From a virus (taxonomy: Duplodnaviria > Caudoviricetes): 43,266 bases of DNA. Positions 27,281 through 36,821 of the stretch are shown here, piece after piece. Location: positions 1 to 43,266 of IMG/VR virus record IMGVR_UViG_3300044806_000297. One strand, given 5' to 3'. Made by a program: the position numbers and the translations under genes. The notes under the pieces were generated by a model, which was not told the origin of the DNA, ran no database searches, and saw nothing but the letters and a program-made list of their open reading frames with translations. The stretch's first letter is position 1; each line of letters starts with the position of its first letter.

Positions 27281-27697
27281 TTAGTGTGTAAAACGTGGGA
27301 AAACTAAACCAACATATTCTGACCAATTGATTTTATTATTCGTACTTGAAAGGAGTTTGGCTTCCATAAATACTAATGAACTATAGTTACTATCAAAAGG
27401 GAAAGGGGAGAAGTTTTTATAAGCATTAGCTACATTAGTTCTAACAGTTACAAGTTCACTTCTTGGACAAACAATTCTAATTTCTGTTAGTAATACTTGA
27501 GGATTTTCTAATTCATTATAACCATTAGCATAAATGTATTCTTTATGTTGAACGTGTATACCAATATGACCAACAAATACTTTTATAGTTTTATCATTTG
27601 CTTCTGTTACAGCATTAATAGCTGCATCAATAGCTAATTGGGTATCATAACCTGTTAGTGATTTTATTCTGTCTATTAATAGTTTTTCCTCAAACAC
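27281..27697 (-). CDS. putative tail terminator
   Basis: Synteny and size; GTG start overlapping the upstream stop. Confidence 0.55.
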   Translation of the reverse strand: MFEEKLLIDRIKSLTGYDTQLAIDAAINAVTEANDKTIKVFVGHIGIHVQHKEYIYANGYNELENPQVLLTEIRIVCPRSELVTVRTNVANAYKNFSPFPFDSNYSSLVFMEAKLLSSTNNKINWSEYVGLVFPRFTH

Positions 27698-28013
27698 TTC
27701 CAGACTCCAATAGCCTAACTTTAAGATTAACCCAACCAACAAGATCATTAACAAAACTAACTACTTCAAAAGTTAATAATAATGTCCGTATTGAGTAGGT
27801 GAAAGTATCAAGTTCTTTTATATTAAGGTTAACGAAGTCTGTATAAGCAATGCGAAAGGATGATTCTTGTCTAAATACTTCATAAGCACTATCATAATTA
27901 TTAATATGAAAAGTTGCTGTTCCTGGAACTGCTTTAATACTTCCTTCTGCAAATTCTATATCTTCACCAGCAACACTTAACATAGTTGCTATTTCATAAT
28001 CAGATTCCATCAT
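27690..28013 (-). CDS. putative head-tail joining protein (gpFII-like)
   Basis: Synteny; 107 aa, beta-rich. Confidence 0.55.
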   Translation of the reverse strand: MMESDYEIATMLSVAGEDIEFAEGSIKAVPGTATFHINNYDSAYEVFRQESSFRIAYTDFVNLNIKELDTFTYSIRTLLLTFEVVSFVNDLVGWVNLKVRLLESGSV

Positions 28014-28603
28014 GAGAATATATCCTTAATATTATCTTCAAACTTAGTTATTTGTTTATCCAATAATTTATCTGTCATAACACTATTAACCATTTGAGAA
28101 ATGCTTGGAGCAAATAATAATCTTAATGGATAACGTTTAGCAGATATTCTTTCATACATATTATACCCACCAAATCTATTCCTTTTAAGCTTCCCTGCTT
28201 GGTTCATAGGAATAAACCCACCTCGATGATCTTTACCATATACTATCTTATTGCTTCCTCTTTTAACTTCTACTGAGAAAACAGTTCCTTGATGTGGTCT
28301 TGGGTTAATATTACCAAATTGCCAACTAGAATAAAAAGAACCTAACCCAACAGGAGTGTAATTGTAGGTTAGGCCAGAGGATATGATGTTTTTACCAAAT
28401 TTAACGTTATCAATACTTTTATTATTTAAAGCTGCATCAATTTTTTCCTGCTTAACCTTATATTTGGTAAAAACTTCATGCCTAATAGCTGAATGAAGTT
28501 CTTTAGCAGCAATACCTACGGCTGTAGCTAATTTTTTGTTGATCCTAGTTTCATCCACGAAATTTTTTATAGAATCTAATCCAATAATATTAACACCAGC
28601 CAT
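28010..28603 (-). CDS. minor tail / tail completion protein (gpZ-like)
   Basis: Basic protein with YERISAKRYPLRLLFAPSISQMV. Confidence 0.7.
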   Translation of the reverse strand: MAGVNIIGLDSIKNFVDETRINKKLATAVGIAAKELHSAIRHEVFTKYKVKQEKIDAALNNKSIDNVKFGKNIISSGLTYNYTPVGLGSFYSSWQFGNINPRPHQGTVFSVEVKRGSNKIVYGKDHRGGFIPMNQAGKLKRNRFGGYNMYERISAKRYPLRLLFAPSISQMVNSVMTDKLLDKQITKFEDNIKDIFS

Positions 28604-28626
28604 AGGAATTACCTTTTACTTAGTTA

Positions 28627-29757
28627 TTACATAACTTTCCAACGTACTACACGATCAATATTTCTACTACCCATTACGAAGTTACAATGGATTTCACTTT
28701 CTAATTTTCCAGATTTAGCATCTTTCCAAGTATTAATATATCTATCCATTGGTTCATATTGTGCATCAGGGTGCTTAATACGGCCATAACGTTTAATAAA
28801 GTTACTGGTTGGAATAATAAGCATATTACCATCAGGAATGTACTTAATAAACGTTCCAGTAGTACGATCATTATAACCAGCACCATAAGTATAAACATTA
28901 ACTACTTGACCATTACCTAATGCAATTGCACGTCTAAAGTTAACATCCAAGTATTTTTCAATAACAGGAAGAACTTTCAACTCAATACTTTGCATTACAG
29001 ATAAAGTATTAGTAGCTGCATCTTTATAATTGGTAGTAATATCAGCTTCTAATGCAAGATAAGCATCATCAGATAAGATTGCACCAGCTATACCACCTTG
29101 ACGCAAACAGGTTTGACAAGCAGTAATGAAGTCTTGGTAAGGAGTAGGAGCTTTAGTGCCGCCAGTAGAACCCCAAGCACGTTTACCAACTCCACCATTA
29201 CCGTTAAGAGTAGTTAAATCAATACTAGGAACATACTTACTCAAATAACCTGCATCAGTAGTTACTGTAGTACGGTTAAAATCATACTTAACTGTTTCAT
29301 GAAATTCAGAAGAAGCAGTATAACCACCATTAACAAGAATACTTGCAGCAGTAATTTCAAAACGAGTCTCAAAATTAGCTTCAGTAATAGCTAGTGCTTT
29401 CTGAATCCAAGCTAAGTGATTAGCCCAAGGATCAACATTACCGAATTGATCTCCCATTTGACGCTTATTAATTTGGGAATAATCAGGACTACCTAGACCT
29501 TCTTTCAAATAAGCAAAAGTAAATTCTTGTGTACCATAACCTTGCATTTGAATTAATGGAGCATCAACATCAGGGTTAACATACATTACAGGAATGTTTT
29601 TTGTTTGGAACTCTTTATCAAAGTTAATAGTATCTTTGTAATGTACATTAACGTCTGAAAAGAAAGATTGTAGCCAATTAGGACGAACAGGTTGGTTAGC
29701 AGGAATTACACCTTCCAACACTTTATCCATAGCATACGGTGATAGAAACTCCGCCAT
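28627..29757 (-). CDS. major capsid protein (lambda gpE family)
   Basis: WLQSFF...TINFD...PVMYVNP...RFEITAASILVNG...KYIPDGNMLI; follows the decoration gene. Confidence 0.88.
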   Translation of the reverse strand: MAEFLSPYAMDKVLEGVIPANQPVRPNWLQSFFSDVNVHYKDTINFDKEFQTKNIPVMYVNPDVDAPLIQMQGYGTQEFTFAYLKEGLGSPDYSQINKRQMGDQFGNVDPWANHLAWIQKALAITEANFETRFEITAASILVNGGYTASSEFHETVKYDFNRTTVTTDAGYLSKYVPSIDLTTLNGNGGVGKRAWGSTGGTKAPTPYQDFITACQTCLRQGGIAGAILSDDAYLALEADITTNYKDAATNTLSVMQSIELKVLPVIEKYLDVNFRRAIALGNGQVVNVYTYGAGYNDRTTGTFIKYIPDGNMLIIPTSNFIKRYGRIKHPDAQYEPMDRYINTWKDAKSGKLESEIHCNFVMGSRNIDRVVRWKVM

Positions 29758-30566
29758 TATAATAACTCCCCTGCTTTCAAGAAGCCTAAAGGTTCAAATT
29801 CAGTGTTTTCTACAAACTTAGCTTTCAACAAGTCTGTATTACAACCAGTATTATATGCTGTACAAGCTACAGTAGTAACACCATCATCTTTCAAAATAGT
29901 ATCTACAGTAGGATCAACAGACCAAACAAGTGCAGAAGCCCAGAAAGAAGCTTCTGTAAAGGCACTAACTACAACATCACCAGCACTAGCATCTACATCG
30001 AAAGCTACTACACCAGCAATAGCAGGAACAGTTGCACCAGATTTAATAGTAACAGTTGGGGTAGCACCAAAAGAAGCTGTAACAGCTAGATCGGTAACAT
30101 TGCCGGACACAGAAGCACTAGCTAAAGCGGTCGTAGCACTTAACTTACTAAAAGTAAATGCTGGAGCAGTTCCAGAAGTATAAGTACCGACTGTTGTTGG
30201 GATGCTAGCAGCTAATAAAGCAGCATTAGCTTGGGTAGTAGTCATAGCTGGAGTCAAAACCGCCATTGCAGCCACTAATTGTGCTACAGTTGCGCCACCA
30301 GAACCTACAGTAAAGACAATACCGCTTGTACCAACTGTTAGAGTTTGAGTATTAGCTAAAGCAGCATTAATAAGAACAGTTGCACTTTCTACCAAACCAC
30401 TATGTGCAATACATTTACCAGAAGAATCGCTTTCTAAGAAACTTCTAGCTTTTAATACTTGACCAGATTTAATAGTTACAGTCTTAGTAGCTCTACCTTC
30501 TGCACGAAAGTAAACAGCATTTGGGCTGTAATCTGGGTACGTAATCAATCCACCTTGATAAGCCAT
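29757..30566 (-). CDS. head decoration protein (gpD-like) with a large insertion
   Basis: VTIKSGQVLKARSFL ... AGVVAFDVDASAGDV...FTEASF...LVW. Confidence 0.75.
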   Translation of the reverse strand: MAYQGGLITYPDYSPNAVYFRAEGRATKTVTIKSGQVLKARSFLESDSSGKCIAHSGLVESATVLINAALANTQTLTVGTSGIVFTVGSGGATVAQLVAAMAVLTPAMTTTQANAALLAASIPTTVGTYTSGTAPAFTFSKLSATTALASASVSGNVTDLAVTASFGATPTVTIKSGATVPAIAGVVAFDVDASAGDVVVSAFTEASFWASALVWSVDPTVDTILKDDGVTTVACTAYNTGCNTDLLKAKFVENTEFEPLGFLKAGELL

Positions 30567-30952
30567 TAACGTAAACCTCTTTTAGCTTGGTTAGCAGTAG
30601 CTAAAGCATCGGCTGCTTTATCGATTAATTGTTGAGTTGTTAAAGATTCATTAATATTAACATTAGCAGTTGGTTGCAAATTAACTGAACCAGTAACAGG
30701 ATTACCAATTTGTTGGCTTTCTTTAATAATTTCAAACATCATTAAAGTTTGTTCTGTGCTTGCATTACTCTTAATACTTTTAACTGCTGCACTTGACGGC
30801 AACATAAAGGTACTAGCTGCTTCAATAATAGTTAAACATCTTTCTTTTTCTTCATTTTTGGCTTTAGCTATTTCTAAGGATACTTGAGCTTTAGTTGCTT
30901 GCAGCTCAGTTTCTTTAGCGGATAGTTGAACCAATGCTTCTTCTAAAGTCAT
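30566..30952 (-). CDS. nested in-frame scaffolding protein (Nu3-like)
   Basis: Internal AAAGGAAATAATGCT-ATG; coiled-coil MTLEEALVQL...EKERC. Confidence 0.6.
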   Translation of the reverse strand: MTLEEALVQLSAKETELQATKAQVSLEIAKAKNEEKERCLTIIEAASTFMLPSSAAVKSIKSNASTEQTLMMFEIIKESQQIGNPVTGSVNLQPTANVNINESLTTQQLIDKAADALATANQAKRGLR

Positions 30953-31789
30953 AGCATTATTTCCTTTGGTTAGAGATTTTTTCTTACTTATATCTGACAT
31001 CGATGAAAATTCATCAAATGAAGATACAATTCCTGTTATAAGGTTAAGTTTTAGTGCTTCGTCAGCTAATATAACTTTGCCTTTTAAATCTTTAATAACT
31101 TGTTCACTAACTCCAGTAGCATTAACAATAAAATTATTAAAAATCTTATCTTTTGCCATTAATACAGTTGTTAGCTCCTTAATTAATTCTACATCCATAG
31201 TTTCGTGAGGATTGAATAAAGCTTTTTCCTCCTTACTTCTTAGAAAAGTATATTTAACTCCTTCCTTCTTATCTGCTTCTGTTACATCCATTAGGGTCAT
31301 AATAACCCCAATAGAAGCTAGATTAGCTCCTTCGGTTGCATATCTTTCTTGACAAGAACTTAGTATTGCAAAAGCAGCAGAAGTAGCTGAACCATCAGTA
31401 AAACCTCTAGTAGTTATTCCATATTTTGTTGGAAGGGAACTAATAAAAGAACAAAGACCGAATAATCCAGCTACTTCTCCCCCAGGAGAGTCGATGTAGA
31501 AGTTAATATTAGTACAACCAGATTCAATTAAGTATTTAACTTGTTGCTGGATATTGTAGTAGGAAGTTGAACCACTATCACCTCCACCATTCTTAGCTAC
31601 CAGAGAATCAAATACTGTAACCATACCTTGAATAGGTTGTCTTTCTTGTATTTGTTCTTCTGGTAAGCTGTTAATAGTATTACCTTGTACTAATGGTAAG
31701 ACTACATTGCTTGTAATAATACTTAATTTATCTTGGCTAATGGCCAATGGAGTATTGATTAATCGGCTTAAGATGTGAGCATATCGCAT
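30566..31789 (-). CDS. S49 prohead protease-scaffold fusion (lambda gpC-like)
   Basis: IDSPGGEVAG, ATSAAFAILS, ASIGV, ADEALKLNLITGI. Confidence 0.9.
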   Translation of the reverse strand: MRYAHILSRLINTPLAISQDKLSIITSNVVLPLVQGNTINSLPEEQIQERQPIQGMVTVFDSLVAKNGGGDSGSTSYYNIQQQVKYLIESGCTNINFYIDSPGGEVAGLFGLCSFISSLPTKYGITTRGFTDGSATSAAFAILSSCQERYATEGANLASIGVIMTLMDVTEADKKEGVKYTFLRSKEEKALFNPHETMDVELIKELTTVLMAKDKIFNNFIVNATGVSEQVIKDLKGKVILADEALKLNLITGIVSSFDEFSSMSDISKKKSLTKGNNAMTLEEALVQLSAKETELQATKAQVSLEIAKAKNEEKERCLTIIEAASTFMLPSSAAVKSIKSNASTEQTLMMFEIIKESQQIGNPVTGSVNLQPTANVNINESLTTQQLIDKAADALATANQAKRGLR

Positions 31790-31812
31790 TGATTTTCCTT
31801 AAGGTTTGGCGC

Positions 31813-31841
31813 ATCATAACAAATAATACTGTTAATGTCAA
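31813..31841 (-). promoter_or_regulatory. sigma70 promoter for protease-decoration-capsid genes
   Basis: TTGACA-17 nt-TATGAT with extended TG on the minus strand. Confidence 0.7.
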
Positions 31842-31849
31842 ATTTAGTT

Positions 31850-33298
31850 TTAACTTCCAGTTGAATTGTCATTAGGCTTAATATTAGTTGATTGACTTGC
31901 TTGACTTTCAGTAGAAAGTAGATGTTCTAAACCAGCTTCTTTAACTCTTTCTCTATCAGCTATTAGTTCTTCAAATGAAATATGTCTTTCATCTAGTTTA
32001 CTTTGAAGTGTTGCAAAACCAGATTGTACTTCTAATAAATCTGCTTGAGCATCTTTTAGATCATCTGTTCCATAGTTTCTTGGTAACTGGTAAAAAGGTT
32101 TAACATTTCCTATTTTAGAAGAGTACAATTTTGCTAATTCAAAAAACTTATTAGTGATTTTTTCTAAATATAATGGAATAATATAATAACGAATAATAAG
32201 TTCTATTCTAGTTCTTAATTCAACATTAATAGCTCTAATAGAACTAAAGTTTAAACCGCTTGTGTCACCAGTTAGAGAATGAAATGGAATTCCTAAACTA
32301 GCTGACACTCTTTTAAGTTCTGTTTGAATTAAAGTATCTAAACCATTACCAATATCTGCACTTTGCGCCTGTGTAACTTTCTCATTACTATTAGTATAGA
32401 TTACATTTGTTCCAGATGTTCTTAATAAAGTTTCTTCAATAGTTTCATTAGTTGATTCATCTTTAGTAGTTACTTTTTCTGGGACACCAATAGCTGTTAA
32501 TGCCATAGGTTTACTTCTCTCAACTATCCAACTAACAATTTGAGAAGCTTTCTGTCTAGCTATTGTTGCATCCGTTAATTCATCTAATTCATATAAGTTA
32601 ATAAGAACTGATGCTAAGAAAGGTATTCCAAGCCATTGACCTGGAGAAGTACGTATAAAAGTATGCAAGACTTCTTCTGCTGGGACAGTAATAATATTAA
32701 AATCTTGTTCTACTAATTTACGTTCTGTATAGGATTTTAGGAAGAAGTAATTAAGGGGTTTTCCATCACTAAATTCTATACCATTTCTAACAAGGTTAGT
32801 TGTTGAAATATTTCCACCAGTTCCCATAAAACCAGTAGCTAATAACTGTGTATCAATTAATTGGATTTTTAGAGGGATTTTATTATTGTTATTTGTTCTT
32901 CTAATATGTAAGCGGCCAAGACTGTTTCCTGTTTCAAACATACTAGCATGAAGAATAGCAAAAAGTGTGCTGAAATTCCCATAACCATCTAGTGCGGGAT
33001 TCTTAGCAAATTCGTCCCAAAGAGATTGCATTTGTTTATTCTGTTTACCTTTGCTATCAATCCATTTAACTTGAACATCCTGCATATTAGTAACATACTT
33101 ATCTAATGCCGATTTAGCATAACCATTATTTCTAATAGCATGACTAGATCGCATTTGTAGAAAAGCTAATTCTCTAGCTGCTAATGTATCAGCTTCTCCT
33201 TTTACTAAGCTTCTCAAACTGTCATGATATTTATGAGTAGCTCCTTCATATGCTTGTTTTTGGATTATATTGCCACCGAAAAAAGTTTCTGTATTCAT
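31850..33298 (-). CDS. portal protein (lambda gpB family)
   Basis: RSSHAIRNNGYA, IRTSPGQWLGIPFL, LTGDTSGLNFSSIR, DDLKDAQA. Confidence 0.92.
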   Translation of the reverse strand: MNTETFFGGNIIQKQAYEGATHKYHDSLRSLVKGEADTLAARELAFLQMRSSHAIRNNGYAKSALDKYVTNMQDVQVKWIDSKGKQNKQMQSLWDEFAKNPALDGYGNFSTLFAILHASMFETGNSLGRLHIRRTNNNNKIPLKIQLIDTQLLATGFMGTGGNISTTNLVRNGIEFSDGKPLNYFFLKSYTERKLVEQDFNIITVPAEEVLHTFIRTSPGQWLGIPFLASVLINLYELDELTDATIARQKASQIVSWIVERSKPMALTAIGVPEKVTTKDESTNETIEETLLRTSGTNVIYTNSNEKVTQAQSADIGNGLDTLIQTELKRVSASLGIPFHSLTGDTSGLNFSSIRAINVELRTRIELIIRYYIIPLYLEKITNKFFELAKLYSSKIGNVKPFYQLPRNYGTDDLKDAQADLLEVQSGFATLQSKLDERHISFEELIADRERVKEAGLEHLLSTESQASQSTNIKPNDNSTGS

Positions 33299-33570
33299 TA
33301 GTATACTCTTTTGCCAACTTTCAAATTAAAACAACTATTTTTGTTAAATTGCGCTGGTGTATTAGGACTTAGAGCGGCAATTGTTTCTAGTAAGTCATCA
33401 CGAAGTTTATATAAATCTGATAAAGTAGATTCACTATAATGATATTCACGGTTAAAGTTATCTGAATTAATTTTAAGAAAGTTTATACGTTTCCCAGAAA
33501 TAATATCAGAAATAGCTTTTTGCGTTTGTACAAGCAGAGTTTGTGCTTCTGCTAATGGGATGTTAATCAT
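33298..33570 (-). CDS. head completion protein (gpW-like)
   Basis: Between terminase and portal; AISDIISGKR...YSESTLSDL. Confidence 0.7.
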   Translation of the reverse strand: MINIPLAEAQTLLVQTQKAISDIISGKRINFLKINSDNFNREYHYSESTLSDLYKLRDDLLETIAALSPNTPAQFNKNSCFNLKVGKRVY

Positions 33571-33581
33571 ATTATTTCCTA

Positions 33582-35531
33582 TTAAGAGTATAAGTAATCT
33601 TCAATTGCTTTCCAATTTGCATGTTCGTAGTTCATACCGCCAATAGCTATAAATGCGTGGTATGCCATTTTTTCACAGTCAATTGCTTCCTTTCGTAAAC
33701 CTGGTCTTAATTTATAAACTGCCTTAGTATAAGTAGACTTTATATCTATTAATTTTTTACAAGAAGTTATTTGTTTTTCATAATCTTTATAACTTTGCTT
33801 ATTAAAATACCAAACATTAGTCTTTATTTCCTTATTCTTATTTCTAAGAATACCTGCTAAGATTTGTTCATGGGCTCTATGTGCTCCCATTTGATATAAT
33901 GTTACACCCATAGTTTCTGCTAATGTTTTTCTAGCTCCTTTATCATTATTAATATCAAGCATTGCCGGTTCTTGGTAGACTTCATCTTCACTGTAACGTA
34001 AATCTCTAACACCTTTTACCGCTCTAACATTGGGATTAAATTCATTAACAGCTTTCACCCATTTATAAACCAAGTCTGTTTGATCTCCACTATCAATATC
34101 TATAGAAGCTATTCTAAGAAACTTTCCACTCTCTGTAGGTATCTTTGCATTAACAACTCTATCAACTAATTCTTGCCAAACAGGAGCTTCTTGATTAGTT
34201 ACTTCACCAAATATTTCAAACCAACTGACCAACCAGCTATTACCATTTCTTCCCCAAGCTCTAATAATAACAGCAAAACGATCTAACTGTACATCTATCC
34301 CTGCTGTTAATAATAATCCTCCTATTGGTACAATATGTTCATCATAACTACTACGTAATAATATCATATCTTCTTCTGTAATAGAAGCTATACCAGAATT
34401 GTAGGGAAGTCCATCTGTATTATTAACAAAGGACTTCATTAAACCTTCGTCATTTCTTTCTAATGCTAGTGTAGCTAGTATCTTTTTTCTTGCTAATTCT
34501 TGGAAGGTACTTGTGCTTAAGGTTGAGAGTAGTTCAGGTATATGGAATCCGAATGTTTCTGTTATTTCTGGTTTCTTAGGATGCCAACCTTTAGAAAACT
34601 TTCCTGTATGATCGGTGAAGCCGTATTTCTTACCTTCTCTAATATTTCTATCTTTGTCCTCGAAAGACCACTCACCATTACAATGTGGACATAGGTAATA
34701 GGCACTTTCAGGATCATACTTACCATACTTTTCATCATTATAATAGTTAGGATACTCATTATAATATAGGTTGTTTGTTGTTAGTTCTGAAAGTTCTCCA
34801 CAATGGTGGCAATGGGCTTTAAATACTAACTGATTACTTTCCTTGTAAGCAGATGAAACAGTGGAAAAATCTTCATCAGTAGGAGTTCCACCAAATAATA
34901 ACTTCTTTTCACCTACTGGAAAAGTCTTAGCCCTTCCTTTTAATAGGTCAAAAGTAGAACCTTGTCCCTTAACATCTTCCTTAACATCATCTGGTTCTTC
35001 CACACCAGTAACAGGAATTGAGGAAGTTTTAAGATTGTAAATAGCTCCAGCAGTTACAAGTTTAAGAAAACCACCAGGGAATTTAAAGTAACTAAAATTC
35101 TCTTTAACACTTCCTTGATTAATAATATCTCTTAATACAGTTGTACCATTGAAGAATATTTTTAACTTTTCCCTACTATAAATTCTTGCTGGCTGTAAAC
35201 CAGGAAATACCCATTGAATTTTACATGGTGAAGTATGTATTAATTTTCCTAACCAGTTATTAGTTAACTCACTCCAACCAACTTGACTACCTTTCATAGC
35301 TACAACAATGTAGATAAACCAGTTATCAAGACAATCATAAACATACTCTAGTGCTGGAATTTTATCCGGATCAAAATTACCTACATGAACACTTTCTTCT
35401 TTTGTTAATACTCTATAAGTTTTTGACCAATTCCAAGTAGATATTCTTAAAGGTTTCTTAAAAAGAAGCAATAATCTTCCAAGAAATTTCCTTTCACTAA
35501 TATTATTATTCTTTCTATTAACTAGACTCAT
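33582..35531 (-). CDS. terL: terminase large subunit (GpA family)
   Basis: MKGSQVGWSE, VEEPD, GRAKTF, GGTPT, CHHCG/CPHC, LTAGIDVQ, EAIDC. Confidence 0.95.
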   Translation of the reverse strand: MSLVNRKNNNISERKFLGRLLLLFKKPLRISTWNWSKTYRVLTKEESVHVGNFDPDKIPALEYVYDCLDNWFIYIVVAMKGSQVGWSELTNNWLGKLIHTSPCKIQWVFPGLQPARIYSREKLKIFFNGTTVLRDIINQGSVKENFSYFKFPGGFLKLVTAGAIYNLKTSSIPVTGVEEPDDVKEDVKGQGSTFDLLKGRAKTFPVGEKKLLFGGTPTDEDFSTVSSAYKESNQLVFKAHCHHCGELSELTTNNLYYNEYPNYYNDEKYGKYDPESAYYLCPHCNGEWSFEDKDRNIREGKKYGFTDHTGKFSKGWHPKKPEITETFGFHIPELLSTLSTSTFQELARKKILATLALERNDEGLMKSFVNNTDGLPYNSGIASITEEDMILLRSSYDEHIVPIGGLLLTAGIDVQLDRFAVIIRAWGRNGNSWLVSWFEIFGEVTNQEAPVWQELVDRVVNAKIPTESGKFLRIASIDIDSGDQTDLVYKWVKAVNEFNPNVRAVKGVRDLRYSEDEVYQEPAMLDINNDKGARKTLAETMGVTLYQMGAHRAHEQILAGILRNKNKEIKTNVWYFNKQSYKDYEKQITSCKKLIDIKSTYTKAVYKLRPGLRKEAIDCEKMAYHAFIAIGGMNYEHANWKAIEDYLYS

Positions 35532-36175
35532 AATAATCCTTCACCTTTATAGTCTATCTCCAACTTACTATAGTCAATTTCTTGCTGCATAATAGTATCA
35601 AGAAACTTATTACCGTCATGTTCCGCACTATCAACCAGCATTTTTCCTAAAGTATGTAGATTATCGAAAAGAAGATCTACTTTTTCTTCCATTAATGGGT
35701 TTTTTTCACTAATACTTAAAATAATACTCTTCATATTAAGTATTACTGGTTCAGCAATTTCAATTAAACTCTCTATTGAAATATATTGTTGTCTCTCTAC
35801 GTAGGTTTTTAACCAAACTTGTGCTTCTTTAGCAACATTTAAGCGAACATCAGATTTCATTTTAGCTAGTGCTAGTTCATTCATTTCCTGACTAGAGTCT
35901 GAACCATCACCTCTTATTATTCCTTTTCTAGCTTTATAAGATTCTTGTTCAGCCTTTACCTTCTCTAATTTAACATCTTGAGCTTTCTTAAAATACTTAA
36001 CATAATTATGGATAATCTCCTTATAGGTGTAATCTGTAAAATTAGTAGGTATTACTCCTCTAGCAGCTTCTTGATATAGAAGTGGAGCTGTATAACCTAG
36101 AATTGCTGCAAGTGTAGAAGGACTAACCTTATCATCCATGCAGACCGTTAAATTTGATGGTAATATTGAACTCAT
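35528..36175 (-). CDS. terS: terminase small subunit (Nu1-like)
   Basis: N-terminal wHTH-like VSPSTLAAILGYT...ARGVIP; overlaps the terL start. Confidence 0.75.
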   Translation of the reverse strand: MSSILPSNLTVCMDDKVSPSTLAAILGYTAPLLYQEAARGVIPTNFTDYTYKEIIHNYVKYFKKAQDVKLEKVKAEQESYKARKGIIRGDGSDSSQEMNELALAKMKSDVRLNVAKEAQVWLKTYVERQQYISIESLIEIAEPVILNMKSIILSISEKNPLMEEKVDLLFDNLHTLGKMLVDSAEHDGNKFLDTIMQQEIDYSKLEIDYKGEGLL

Positions 36176-36199
36176 TGTTTTATAAGAATAATTATAAAG

Positions 36200-36229
36200 T
36201 TGCGTTAAAGTTGGCTTTCATTATATAAT
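36200..36229 (+). promoter_or_regulatory. possible sigma70 promoter in the divergent late intergenic region
   Basis: TTGCGT-18 nt-TATAAT. Confidence 0.4.
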
Positions 36230-36264
36230 AAGGTAAGCCCGATAGCAACAATGGAATTATTGCA

Positions 36265-36600
36265 ATGTCACTAATTGAAACAATTCATGCAAATATACAA
36301 AGTATTTGTGCGAATCTACTTGATTTCCTCCCTAATATTCTAGGATCAATAACAGGTCTATACGCTGGACAAAGAGACTTAAAAGGTTTTGCAAATATAC
36401 TTGGAGCAATTCTTGTTGGGATACTTATTAGCTATTTTGGCGGTGATCTTGTAGCAGACTATTATCACTATGATACTACAAGTAAAAAAGCTAACTCTAT
36501 TGAATTTCTAATAGGTGTATTTGGTTTAACTTTTCTTAAGTTAGCTTTTTCTAAGCTTCCTTTCCTTGTTGATACTATTATAAACAAATTTGGTAAATAA
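36265..36600 (+). CDS. putative holin
   Basis: 111 aa with three hydrophobic segments; FLIGVFGL; charged C-terminus. Confidence 0.7.
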   Translation: MSLIETIHANIQSICANLLDFLPNILGSITGLYAGQRDLKGFANILGAILVGILISYFGGDLVADYYHYDTTSKKANSIEFLIGVFGLTFLKLAFSKLPFLVDTIINKFGK

Positions 36601-36819
36601 ATGAGTTACGTATATTTGTTTTTAATGTTTAAAGCTCTCTATATGGAATGGTCAGATAAAATATATACTGATAAATTCTTTATAAAGTTAGAACTAACTC
36701 TTATTTGTATTGGTGGGGCTTTAGCTTTCTCTAATTGTGGGACAGATTTATTAGTAATAGCTTGTGTTGTTAGGTTATTAGCTAATTGTAAAGAACTTAA
36801 AGATTTTACTAAGGATTAA
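36601..36819 (+). CDS. small membrane protein (holin partner-like)
   Basis: Hydrophobic 72 aa directly after the holin. Confidence 0.55.
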   Translation: MSYVYLFLMFKALYMEWSDKIYTDKFFIKLELTLICIGGALAFSNCGTDLLVIACVVRLLANCKELKDFTKD

Positions 36820-36821
36820 TA

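Noticed and set aside
13281-31208. Alternative-frame or antisense ORFs within structural genes (13281, 13761, 16617, 23545, 26762, 28701, 29803, 30966)
   Set aside because: Expected by-products of codon bias in well-supported genes
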